Shown: positions 1 through 8,620 of the stretch, piece by piece
Numbering within the stretch: the first letter of the stretch is position 1
How the letters are laid out: every line of letters begins with the position of its first letter
IMG/VR virus record: IMGVR_UViG_3300020472_003601
Reading direction: 5' to 3' (one strand)
From: an uncultured virus (IMG/VR IMGVR_UViG_3300020472_003601)
Taxonomy: Duplodnaviria; Heunggongvirae; Uroviricota; Caudoviricetes
DNA length: 64,000 bases
Program-made: the position numbers and the translations under genes
Notes under the pieces: generated by a model
What the model was told of the DNA's origin: nothing
What the model saw: only the letters and a program-made list of their open reading frames with translations
Databases searched by the model: none

Positions 1-1112
1 GCAATCAATCCGGGCACATTCTTTCTAACATAAACGCCAGAGAAAAGTGTCTCGCATCGACCGCCGACATAAGCGATTGCCGACTCAATATTCTTGCTGA
101 CTTTTGGATCAGCCACCATCTCTTCTGACACAACCAACACTAACGAGCCTGCCGCGGCCTTGCCTTTCGGCGGAGGACATGCAGAACGATTCATGCAGTT
201 GTGGAGAATCACCGATCCAAGCTTAGCAGTATTTGGGTCCTTTATCATAGTCGAGCCCATAAAAGCGCGACCGTCATTACCCAAACATGTTTCCAAATCT
301 TTGCTATCAAAAGATTGGATCGGTGAATCCTCAGTGGAGAGTTTTAACACTTGGGCTAACGACTTAGCAAATTGTGTGTTGGCGACAGGGTACATGCCAA
401 GCATGCCGATTTTGCCGCGAAGTAAGCGTGTGGCTCGTTCATTGTCGAGAATGATATGCGGATACTGGGCAACATCGTTTGCCAGCGTCAACGCATTACG
501 AGCGATTGTGGGGTTGAGGTTTTCTTGTGCTGTCGGCCAAGAGACTATATAAACGACCTGACCACTTGACTGCACAGAGCGCATGTAACGCTCAAAGACA
601 GGATGGAGAGCGGTAACAGAACTACCGGTACCACCACCACCACCAGCAAGGACGAATAACCAATCAACTTTACCGAGTTTGATGCGGAGAGCATCTTCAA
701 CAATCGCGCCATTTTGACTTAAAACCTCTTTTCCATAGTCTACGTTTTTTCCAATCCCGTCTGAATCGGGAATGAGGACAACGTGATCCTCTTCTACATT
801 CTTAGGAATGTCTTTACCTGTTGAATTTACGAGTAACGTTTTATTGAAACCTAGTTCAATAAACGCATTCGCCATTTTATTGCCTCCACCGCCGACACCG
901 ACAAAACCAACATTGATAGATGAGGGTGCTGTATTCTCGGGGAGTAAATCTTCATCAGAGTATTCCATCTGTAATCCGAAGTCCTCAACCATACCGAAGT
1001 CTTCTGCATCTACCTGTTCATGGTAACTGTCTTTTTCCTGCGCAAACGCGGGAGGTGGTTCTGCGGGAGGCAGAAAATCAAATTCGTTTTTATCGTCGTT
1101 TTCTTCTGACAT
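1..1112 (-). CDS. Tubulin/FtsZ-family GTPase (PhuZ/TubZ-like), 3' end outside the window
   Basis: Manual translation from ATG at 1112 is open to the left edge and is absent from the ORF track because it has no stop in the window. Motifs: INVGFVGVGGGGNK, the tubulin signature LAGGGGGTGS (~621-650), HIILDN and a T7-loop-like SFDSKDL. It has an acidic N-terminal extension of about 60 aa. Confidence 0.9.
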   Translation of the reverse strand, partial: MSEENDDKNEFDFLPPAEPPPAFAQEKDSYHEQVDAEDFGMVEDFGLQMEYSDEDLLPENTAPSSINVGFVGVGGGGNKMANAFIELGFNKTLLVNSTGKDIPKNVEEDHVVLIPDSDGIGKNVDYGKEVLSQNGAIVEDALRIKLGKVDWLFVLAGGGGGTGSSVTALHPVFERYMRSVQSSGQVVYIVSWPTAQENLNPTIARNALTLANDVAQYPHIILDNERATRLLRGKIGMLGMYPVANTQFAKSLAQVLKLSTEDSPIQSFDSKDLETCLGNDGRAFMGSTMIKDPNTAKLGSVILHNCMNRSACPPPKGKAAAGSLVLVVSEEMVADPKVSKNIESAIAYVGGRCETLFSGVYVRKNVPGLI

Positions 1113-1138
1113 AACATTTCCTATTGTTTTGGTATCTT

Positions 1139-1597
1139 CTACTTAGTGTTGTTGAGGGCGTTCTTCGCAATCAGTACACCAAGAGCCATCAACAGCGGCC
1201 CGCCGACTATTCCCAGTGACACAGCAGCCGGGCTAGCAGCCAACCATGGTAAGAACGTTGTAGCAAAAACAGAAGTGGGAGAAGAGGCAATAAGGCTGGC
1301 GATAGCTATTGTTCCACCACCTAACACCGCAGTTTTTGCTGTGTTTAAATCTTGGGCGGAGCGATCATAAGTTTCCCCTAGGTTTCCCTCTTCCATGGCA
1401 GCCGCCAATATTGTTGCCAATTCAGGGTCTTGCGATAACTGTTGTACCGCGCTCATAACAACTTCTGATTGTCCTAGTGCATCGGCAACATCGGCAATCG
1501 TCTGTGGATTCTCGCCGGATGCCGGATCATTTTCAGATAGAGTTGCTTCCAATTCTTCCTTAATAATCTTCTTAAGTTGTCTCTTGGTTATATTCAT
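1139..1597 (-). CDS. Hypothetical protein with 'MNITKRQLKKIIKEE' leader and hydrophobic C-terminal helices
   Basis: Start moved from 1696 to the ATG at 1597, which follows AGGAG. The C-terminal segments (AVLGGGTIAIASLIA; AAVSLGIVGGPLLMALGVLIA) look transmembrane. Confidence 0.75.
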   Translation of the reverse strand: MNITKRQLKKIIKEELEATLSENDPASGENPQTIADVADALGQSEVVMSAVQQLSQDPELATILAAAMEEGNLGETYDRSAQDLNTAKTAVLGGGTIAIASLIASSPTSVFATTFLPWLAASPAAVSLGIVGGPLLMALGVLIAKNALNNTK

Positions 1598-1604
1598 TTT
1601 GTAA

Positions 1605-1627
1605 TCTCCTATTGATTTACTCTTGCG
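1605..1627. repeat. 23-bp direct repeat, copy 2
   Basis: tctcctattgatttactcttgcg, identical to 2541-2563. Confidence 0.95.
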
Positions 1628-2534
1628 TACCTTTCTTGGCGGCACTGTATGCCGCTTTATAATTAACATCGCCAGATTGCATTTTCTTGACCACATTACC
1701 TAAACTTACTTGTCCGTCGTGAGTTTCACCGCCGTCAAATTGTGGCATATAGCTTCTCTCTGGTCCTTGTGGTTCCGGGAGTTGTGATAGGTTATTGGCA
1801 ACAACATTGACAATGCGCTCCATCGTGTCCTGTGCGGACATACCGGGCTTAACACCCCATAATTTTTGAGCCGCGGGAACTTGTACAATTTTTTGCAGAT
1901 ATTCGTCTCCTAGCAGGATGCCTCCTTCGGTTTGTTGACCTCGGCGCTCAAGGATCATTGACTTAATTTCTTCAGCGGTTTTGCCTAAAATGTTATCCTC
2001 CGCAGAAGCAGTCGCTTTGGGAACATTCCCTGCATCCGGCGGCATTGTGGCTACGATTGCTACTTGGGCACTCGCCAGTTTGTTCAGTGGTCCAGCGCCC
2101 GGAAGATCAATATTCAATGCATTAATCTTTGCTTTGGCACCCGCAGTCGCCCAAGTTGACGACCAGCGATGATGACCATCGATAACGAGATCTCCCGAGG
2201 TAACGATACTTTTTCCTCTACCAGTAATATCTCCAGTTAAAGCGTTTGTTACTGAGTTTAAAGTGGATAAGGGCCATCCAATTGATTTCATCAAACTAAT
2301 TTGATTTTGTGTGGGCTTCAATGCGCCAACTGGCGGCTGGGCTTTTGTGACATCGATGACCTCATCGCCGGGAATTCCATCGTCTGAACCAGCGCCCAGC
2401 ATAGCTCTGACCTTTGGATCTTTACCCTCGGGCGAGTTTAAGAAATTTACTACGGGGACAACTTGTGCTCCGGAAAAATCTGCGGGTAACTTCTCGTTAA
2501 TAAAATTTCTCCAATTTTCCATAAGCAGCTTCAT
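1617..2534 (-). CDS. ParB/Srx-like domain protein with 'MKLLMENWRNFINE' leader
   Basis: 305-aa ORF with AGGAG RBS. LKPTQNQI and IVTSGDLVIDGHHRW match the ParB N-terminal/sulfiredoxin-like DGHHR motif. Confidence 0.7.
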   Translation of the reverse strand: MKLLMENWRNFINEKLPADFSGAQVVPVVNFLNSPEGKDPKVRAMLGAGSDDGIPGDEVIDVTKAQPPVGALKPTQNQISLMKSIGWPLSTLNSVTNALTGDITGRGKSIVTSGDLVIDGHHRWSSTWATAGAKAKINALNIDLPGAGPLNKLASAQVAIVATMPPDAGNVPKATASAEDNILGKTAEEIKSMILERRGQQTEGGILLGDEYLQKIVQVPAAQKLWGVKPGMSAQDTMERIVNVVANNLSQLPEPQGPERSYMPQFDGGETHDGQVSLGNVVKKMQSGDVNYKAAYSAAKKGTQE

Positions 2535-2540
2535 CGTGGG

Positions 2541-2563
2541 TCTCCTATTGATTTACTCTTGCG
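2541..2563. repeat. 23-bp direct repeat, copy 1
   Basis: tctcctattgatttactcttgcg. It covers the last codons and TAG of the SbcCD gene plus the AGGAG RBS. Confidence 0.95.
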
Positions 2564-5500
2564 AACCCGTTTTTCTTTTCAATTACAATCTGCATATCAA
2601 CACAATCTTTGAGCGAGTCAAGGTGAGAGATCAACAAAACATTTTTGAAATATACCTTAATTAGTTCCAAAATCCGAATAAAACCCTCCATATTTTCCTC
2701 ATCGAGAGCAGTGCCGGGCTCGTCCAAAATAAATAAGTCGCTCTTAGGTAGTGAGGAAACACTCAAAAGAGCCAAGCGAAGTGCCATGGCGCCCATTGTT
2801 TTCTCGGCGCCTGAAGCCATCTCTATTGGGCGGGGCTCGTGTTTTGGGTGCTTGATAAAAATATCAAATTTCTTTCCAGAATCTTCGAAAAAGATTTCGA
2901 AATCTACAATATTGGCAAGGACCTTCGCGATCTCTTGGTTGATCACTGGAAGTTTTCGCTTGATAATATCATACGCGATTCCAGAAGTATGCATACAGCG
3001 CATATAAAGATCATAAGCTGAATATTCCTCTTGCAATTCTTTATATTCTTCTTTTTGATCTTGAGTCGTTTTAACTTTTTGTTCTAAAGAACCAACATCC
3101 TTGTAAAGCTCTAGAGTTTGCTCCTGACATTGTTCAAGCTTAGTACTATCTTTTTCTATGCGTTCCGTACATCTTGCTAATTCGCTCGTAAACTCTTCAA
3201 AATTTTCAATTACTTCTTTGTTTTCTTCGTATTTTTCTCTTTTTTGTTCTAGCTCTTTTAGTTCATAGCCTATGCGCTCAATGGACGAATGATTTCTCTC
3301 AATTGATAAATTAAGCTCAGCGATCTCATGAGTAGTCTTGTTCTTTTTTTCTATTACCGTATTATACTTCTCTAGTCTATCTCGGACGAATTCTGGTCTC
3401 AAACTTTGGATTTTTTTATCCACTAAATCAGCTTGAAGTGCTACAGATTTTCTTTCGATGTTCACTTCAGGCAACGTTGCCACTGCAATATTTGCATCCT
3501 TAATAAATTTGCATTGGGGAAAACTTGTACCGCAGGGAATGCCCTCAAGAAGTTGTCCTTTCTTTTCGGTATCCTTTATTTGTTGCATCAACCTGTCTAA
3601 TAATTCTTGCTGTTCTCCTCTTTGGGTTTCCAAGCAATCAATAGCGACAGACTGTTCATTTAAGGTGTCAATGTTTGTGCTTTTGAGATACTCTTCGATC
3701 TTTTCAGAAATTTCTCTTTTGTTGGACAACTCAACAAGATGTTGCTTGCTTTCACCTTCAAGAGAAGATATTTGTAAATTCTTCTTCTTTATCTCTCGTC
3801 TGGTATCGACAACATTAATGATCTCTTCTGGAATTGTCTCGATGCTTTTTCTCAAACTTTCACAGGTTATGGTTGTGTCCTCTATATCTTTTTTGAGAAG
3901 CGAGCATTCACTTTCATGTTGCAGAACCTCTGCTTTCTTTGCATCTAATAGAATGGAGGCTTCTTCGATTTCTTCGTCATAATTGCGTTCACCAAGGCGC
4001 CGGATGGCGCCTTTGAGATCGGTGCTGTCATCTTTTGCTAATTTAAATTTCTTCTCAAAGATCTCCAAATCAAGAAATTTGGCAATTATCTCCTTTCGGC
4101 GTGTCGAGCCTTCATCGATAAAAGAGAGGGCGCCGTGCTGTGATGCCATCGAGGATATAAGAAAATCCTCACATTCTCCGAAATGCTTTCGAATAATTGC
4201 GTCTGTATGGATTCGACTCAAGCCATTTAATGATATAGTTTCGCCCGCCACCTCGTCATAAACTTCAAAATTTAGATCTGTCTTAGCCTCTAGAGTCTCT
4301 TCTCCCTTTAGACGTTTGATATATTTCTCCGCTGAGCGCTCAATTGTATAAGTTTGGTGACCAACAGAAATGGTTATTTTGCCGCGGCAGGAATCCCTAT
4401 TCTGGTTAATAACATTGAGATTCTTACGCTCATTTTTCGAGGTTGTGTTAAAAATAGTCCACAACACAGCATCAATAATACTGCTCTTCCCAGAAAAGTT
4501 CTTACCAAAGATTCCTGTAATGCCCCCAAGTTCATCAAAACTAACATTATTACCTTCTCCATAATTAAATAAGTTGTCAAATTCAAAATTGATCAATTTC
4601 CAGTTAACATTTCTGGATATGTCGTCGTTGTCTTCAACAAGCTTTTTATATTTGCGGTTAAGTTCGTAAACTTTCTCCAAAGTCGTCGCACTTACTTGAT
4701 AATCTTTTAGATATTCATCCATCAACTCTTCTTGAATATTGATATCACGCAGGTTTTCTGTTTTTAGATTGTCGGTAATCTCTGTTACATCGCCTCGCTC
4801 GCCGGCGGCGCGATTGAGAAACGTTACAACTTCCGGCTTGAAGCGATGTTTAGCGATATCCATGGCGCGCTTCATTACATTGAGCGGCAAGTTGTTGTTG
4901 CTGACAAGACGAAGACGAGCACCATCAGGGATGTCTGTCCCTCTGGGCATTCGACCTTTTGCTGTCAATTCTATTGTGACAAACGGTTTGGGATTTATAA
5001 ATACAATTGGTTCTATTTCCCAATCATCCTTCGATTTAATATCCCAAATCAAAATTCCCTTGTCGTTCGTTTCGCCGTGGTTCTGTTGTACCGTGGATCC
5101 AGCATACCAGACGCGTCCGTGTTCATCTAGAAACTGGCGACGATGGATATCGCCCAACATCGCAAAATCAAAATCCTTGAAGATACTCAGTTCATCTTCA
5201 CCGTTTGTCATCGTCCAATTGATATCAGTCTTACAATTGCTGATCGAACCATGGTAAAGGGCGATATTGATCATGTCAGGATCAGTTGGTTTAAGCCACC
5301 TATCGCGATCAAACACTGAAAGAACATTGAGACAGAACTTGTCGTCAATGTTTGTCTCACCTGAGTCTTTTAAAAGATGAAGATTCGAATGATCTAGTGC
5401 ATTAAAAATTGGAGTCAAGGCATCTTGGCGGCTACTGTTTTTCAAGTTGCCGTCGTGGTTACCTAAAATCACATACGTCGGTGCGATGTTTGCAAGATTC

Positions 5501-5694
5501 TCAAAGAATTGCGAGCACATCTCAACATACTCTGGAGAGATCTGCGTCTTTGTGTGCGCAACGTCTCCACAGTGAATAATATAATCGACCTTTTCTTCTC
5601 GCAGCTTTTCATACAACTGCTCAAAGACAATTCGATATTCATAATGATATTTTAAATTTTTAATGTGAGTATCGGCAATATGCGCAAATTTCAC
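2545..5694 (-). CDS. Fused Mre11/SbcD nuclease - Rad50/SbcC ATPase (T4 gp47+gp46-like recombination nuclease)
   Basis: Phosphoesterase motifs HIADTH, HCGD, GNHD and LGDIH. Then Walker A GKNFSGKSS, a long coiled coil, signature ASGAEK, Walker B FILDEP and ISH. GTG start after GGAGG. Confidence 0.93.
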   Translation of the reverse strand: MKFAHIADTHIKNLKYHYEYRIVFEQLYEKLREEKVDYIIHCGDVAHTKTQISPEYVEMCSQFFENLANIAPTYVILGNHDGNLKNSSRQDALTPIFNALDHSNLHLLKDSGETNIDDKFCLNVLSVFDRDRWLKPTDPDMINIALYHGSISNCKTDINWTMTNGEDELSIFKDFDFAMLGDIHRRQFLDEHGRVWYAGSTVQQNHGETNDKGILIWDIKSKDDWEIEPIVFINPKPFVTIELTAKGRMPRGTDIPDGARLRLVSNNNLPLNVMKRAMDIAKHRFKPEVVTFLNRAAGERGDVTEITDNLKTENLRDINIQEELMDEYLKDYQVSATTLEKVYELNRKYKKLVEDNDDISRNVNWKLINFEFDNLFNYGEGNNVSFDELGGITGIFGKNFSGKSSIIDAVLWTIFNTTSKNERKNLNVINQNRDSCRGKITISVGHQTYTIERSAEKYIKRLKGEETLEAKTDLNFEVYDEVAGETISLNGLSRIHTDAIIRKHFGECEDFLISSMASQHGALSFIDEGSTRRKEIIAKFLDLEIFEKKFKLAKDDSTDLKGAIRRLGERNYDEEIEEASILLDAKKAEVLQHESECSLLKKDIEDTTITCESLRKSIETIPEEIINVVDTRREIKKKNLQISSLEGESKQHLVELSNKREISEKIEEYLKSTNIDTLNEQSVAIDCLETQRGEQQELLDRLMQQIKDTEKKGQLLEGIPCGTSFPQCKFIKDANIAVATLPEVNIERKSVALQADLVDKKIQSLRPEFVRDRLEKYNTVIEKKNKTTHEIAELNLSIERNHSSIERIGYELKELEQKREKYEENKEVIENFEEFTSELARCTERIEKDSTKLEQCQEQTLELYKDVGSLEQKVKTTQDQKEEYKELQEEYSAYDLYMRCMHTSGIAYDIIKRKLPVINQEIAKVLANIVDFEIFFEDSGKKFDIFIKHPKHEPRPIEMASGAEKTMGAMALRLALLSVSSLPKSDLFILDEPGTALDEENMEGFIRILELIKVYFKNVLLISHLDSLKDCVDMQIVIEKKNGFARVNQ
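2658..2665 (-). promoter_or_regulatory. Candidate late-promoter motif ACTAATTA inside the SbcCD 3' end
   Basis: Same 8-mer as at 13136-13143, about 125 nt upstream of the 2534 start. Confidence 0.35.
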
Positions 5695-5705
5695 ACATCC
5701 TCCAT

Positions 5706-5825
5706 TTAGTTAATGTAGGGCATCCCAAAACAGGAATGTAAGATTATTGGCAAGACAAATGTGCCAAAACACACACCAATCTCAAAACATACAACTCTAA
5801 CAAACGTGTCCAACATAAAATACAT
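5706..5825 (-). CDS. Small hydrophobic peptide (39 aa)
   Basis: Manual translation: MYFMLDTFVRVVCFEIGVCFGTFVLPIILHSCFGMPYIN*. It has a GAGGG RBS and a promoter upstream, and fills the gap before SbcCD. Confidence 0.55.
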   Translation of the reverse strand: MYFMLDTFVRVVCFEIGVCFGTFVLPIILHSCFGMPYIN

Positions 5826-5842
5826 TTTTGCCCTCAAGTATT

Positions 5843-5871
5843 AATATACCACGTTGCCGTTGACTATGCAA
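5843..5871 (-). promoter_or_regulatory. Sigma70-like promoter (extended -10) upstream of the small peptide and SbcCD
   Basis: TTGCAT (5871-5866), 17-nt spacer ending in TGG, TATATT (5848-5843). Confidence 0.6.
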
Positions 5872-6769
5872 GCACTTTCTTTCGATTTTCTTGAAGTGTG
5901 CTTTTTAGCTTTTTAAATTCTTCTCGGTTGGCGCCATGGCCATAATAGTATTTTTTATAAAGCTGTTCCTTCGTCATACCTGTCAACGGAAGCACATAAT
6001 CATCCTCAATTTCATCAAAAGGGATATATACAATATTCTGTAATCCGTATGAACCATCAGGGGTTTTGTGAACAGCGCTAGGCATCATGGGAACATTGCT
6101 TCTAAATGCATGCATGCCTACCTCGCTAGCATCCATATAGGGGTGAGACTCAAGAGGGAAATCTTTAAAAAACGTTTCAGCGGCATCTCCCGGATTACCT
6201 CTTTGGCTTATATAGTGGCTTCTCAAATCAGTCTCATCAGATGCGGTGTTGAGGACATTTAGATCCACATCGTATCTAGGTGTGCCATCTATCTTATCTT
6301 GTAGCGCTTGTCTGGCGACCGACCAGTCTGGGGGCAATATTGCTTCTGAACCGTCCTGTGGGTTGTTGGGAAGAGGACCCTTCAGTCCAGCCTGTTCTTC
6401 GGGGGAACCGGCGACCCAAGACCACGTATCTATGGCGTTTACAAGCCTCTCTATCTCTGAGGCTCCTTTTTCCATAGTTGAGTTCTTTTCTATGCTGGCT
6501 TCAATAGCTGCATCATTTTTGGCTGCTATTGCATCCTCGTAATCACTAACTTGTCCTCCCAGTCCTCCAACGGTGGCGCCGAGACCCATGGTTCCGAGGG
6601 CGGCATTACGTATCTTCTTTTTTCTCGCTTTCCATTTGGCTGCGTTCCAATCAGATTTTTCATTTTCAGCAATAAACAAAGAAATCTCTTCATCTATATA
6701 TCTGTCCAATAGACGTAGGGAGATCTCTTCAGAGATAATTCTTCGAAGTCGGACTTCGGATATCTGCAT
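5864..6769 (-). CDS. Hypothetical protein with 'MQISEVRLRRIISEE' leader
   Basis: Start moved to the ATG at 6769, which forms a TAATG overlap with the upstream stop. It has a Gly/Ala hydrophobic stretch (NAALGTMGLGATVGGLG). Confidence 0.75.
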   Translation of the reverse strand: MQISEVRLRRIISEEISLRLLDRYIDEEISLFIAENEKSDWNAAKWKARKKKIRNAALGTMGLGATVGGLGGQVSDYEDAIAAKNDAAIEASIEKNSTMEKGASEIERLVNAIDTWSWVAGSPEEQAGLKGPLPNNPQDGSEAILPPDWSVARQALQDKIDGTPRYDVDLNVLNTASDETDLRSHYISQRGNPGDAAETFFKDFPLESHPYMDASEVGMHAFRSNVPMMPSAVHKTPDGSYGLQNIVYIPFDEIEDDYVLPLTGMTKEQLYKKYYYGHGANREEFKKLKSTLQENRKKVLA

Positions 6770-7653
6770 TAGACTTTTCCTTGCCAACCGGTACCGCCAT
6801 CTTTGTCTTTCTTTTTGGCTGCTTTCTTAAAGCGCTTCGCCAGAGCTTTACGTTTTGGAGTGCAAGTTGGTTTTGTCATTGGTGTACAGTATCCCTCGTG
6901 ATCTGGGTCTACTGCTTTTTGGATCCAATCATCTTTTTCTTCAAGCTCTTCTGGTTCTTGGTAGTAGCCGGATGTCTCGTCCAGATCCAAAGTCTTGAGG
7001 GCTTTATATCTCTCATCTTCATACGACTTAAATGTCATATCAAAATCTTGCATTAGTTGCATGAGAGTGTTGTCTAGCTTGTATAGGGTTCGGCGCATTC
7101 TCATGCCCTCTTCCCTTGTTATTCGGCTGAGTTGTCGCGGATTCTCTAACTGTTCGTCGTCGGGTGCAAGAATTGCGTCATTGGCAATCCATGAGGAAAT
7201 TTTCTCATAATGCATTGCCCATTTTTCTAACCTTCTTTTAAATTCATTCATCTTTGAAACGGGCATTTTTACCACCGGTTCCGCCTCGTTTAAAGCTTTC
7301 TCTGTTTCTTCTCCCAATACAGTTTCAAGTTCTTGTCGAATAATCTCTTCCACCTCGGGAGGGGTCTCTGGCGTAGAGGGCGAGAATTTCGTTCCACCGG
7401 TGGGGTTTGCGCTACGACCTAAAGCTGATTGGGCACCAGAGATGGATAGAGGATCTACGTCGAGTACCGCAGCTGACAAAAAGTCTACACTCACATCTAG
7501 ACCTTCGATTTTATCTATCAAGGTATCTATTGCTCGATCGAGTGAGTCGTTTTTTAAATCAGAAGACAAATCTTTAATCGCATTAACGATCCTCTCGTCT
7601 GATATGATCTCCTCTTTAATGATCTCTTTGAGTCTTGGTTGTGCTATTTTCAT
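6769..7653 (-). CDS. Hypothetical protein with 'MKIAQPRLKEIIKEE' leader
   Basis: 294-aa ORF with AGGAG RBS. An internal motif copy (EEIIRQELE) and a basic C-terminal WIQKAV..CTPMTKPTCTPKRKALAKRFKK module are present. Confidence 0.8.
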   Translation of the reverse strand: MKIAQPRLKEIIKEEIISDERIVNAIKDLSSDLKNDSLDRAIDTLIDKIEGLDVSVDFLSAAVLDVDPLSISGAQSALGRSANPTGGTKFSPSTPETPPEVEEIIRQELETVLGEETEKALNEAEPVVKMPVSKMNEFKRRLEKWAMHYEKISSWIANDAILAPDDEQLENPRQLSRITREEGMRMRRTLYKLDNTLMQLMQDFDMTFKSYEDERYKALKTLDLDETSGYYQEPEELEEKDDWIQKAVDPDHEGYCTPMTKPTCTPKRKALAKRFKKAAKKKDKDGGTGWQGKV

Positions 7654-7664
7654 CTAAAGGTCTC

Positions 7665-8606
7665 CTATATGGCTGATAACAAATCTAGCAATAAATAGTC
7701 GTCTCTATCGATAAAGGATGCGTTATTCTTTCTCTCTTGAAATATATGAGAAGGCATTGAACCTACGTCTTCATACCCGGCAACATCGATTTTGTAAAGT
7801 TCAATATCGTATTCCAGCAACATTTTAATAATCCGCCTCTCTTTGTTGGCGGCATCTGGGTCGAGGGCGACGAAGACTGGTGTGTCGTTTCGTACAATCT
7901 TTCGTAATAACTCGGACCCGGACCTAAGTGTTGAACCCAATATAGGAACAGCATTTCCGGCGACAAGTGCATCAAAAACTCCTTCGACTAATATCAAGTC
8001 TTTATTCCAGTCAATAAATAGCTCATTAAACACTATATCCTTCGACGCTCTTGGATTTTTATACTTATAGGAGTCCCCAGTATAGGATCTCGCGATAAAG
8101 TAGCTACAATCGCCATCTTCGTCGAAAGACGGGACTATTATTCTGTTTCTATATTCTCCACTAAAACAGTATCCAATTTTCCATTTTAGAATATCGCTTT
8201 TTGTGAGTCCTCGTTTCTGTAAATATCTAAACGCTGCTATTCCGGTGGCGGGGATTGATTCTGAGCAGAGGCTTGTGAATTCTTCTGGGAGTTCCACTTT
8301 TGTTTTGTCTTCTCTAAGCTCTCGCTCCATAAAGAGGTCAGCAAATCTTTCAAGATCTGACCGGTTTGATATTCCGTCCCATTTCTGTAATTGCACAAAC
8401 GAACCAAAACGTCTAACAAGGCGCCTAATATTACGACCGCGATAATCGCAAATCCAACAATGAAAAGCATTTTTATCCAAATTAATAGCGAGCTTATGCT
8501 TGTAATGATTGCATTCAGGGCATTTAAAATAATGCTCTGCTTTGCTGGTTTGGCGGTGGTCCCCAATAACTTCATGTAAAATCTTTAGCGCTTCTCTTTT
8601 GTTCAT
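7665..8606 (-). CDS. DNA primase (zinc finger + TOPRIM)
   Basis: CPEC...HCWIC zinc finger, YLQKRG, RIIVP, FIAR, YKYKN, and TOPRIM motifs LVEGVFD and LDPDA. Confidence 0.92.
   Translation of the reverse strand: MNKREALKILHEVIGDHRQTSKAEHYFKCPECNHYKHKLAINLDKNAFHCWICDYRGRNIRRLVRRFGSFVQLQKWDGISNRSDLERFADLFMERELREDKTKVELPEEFTSLCSESIPATGIAAFRYLQKRGLTKSDILKWKIGYCFSGEYRNRIIVPSFDEDGDCSYFIARSYTGDSYKYKNPRASKDIVFNELFIDWNKDLILVEGVFDALVAGNAVPILGSTLRSGSELLRKIVRNDTPVFVALDPDAANKERRIIKMLLEYDIELYKIDVAGYEDVGSMPSHIFQERKNNASFIDRDDYLLLDLLSAI
7692..7699 (-). promoter_or_regulatory. Candidate late-promoter motif ACTATTTA inside the primase 3' end
   Basis: The 10-mer GACTATTTAT is identical to the one at 9695-9704 and lies about 40 nt upstream of the 7653 start. 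Confidence 0.5.
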
Positions 8607-8620
8607 GTGCCCTCGGATAT

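Noticed and set aside
1..2534. Tubulin + ParB as a TubZRC/ParABS-type partition cassette
   Set aside because: The ParB-like gene has no evident HTH, carries a capsid-leader-like N-terminus and looks recently inserted. No centromere-like iterons were seen.
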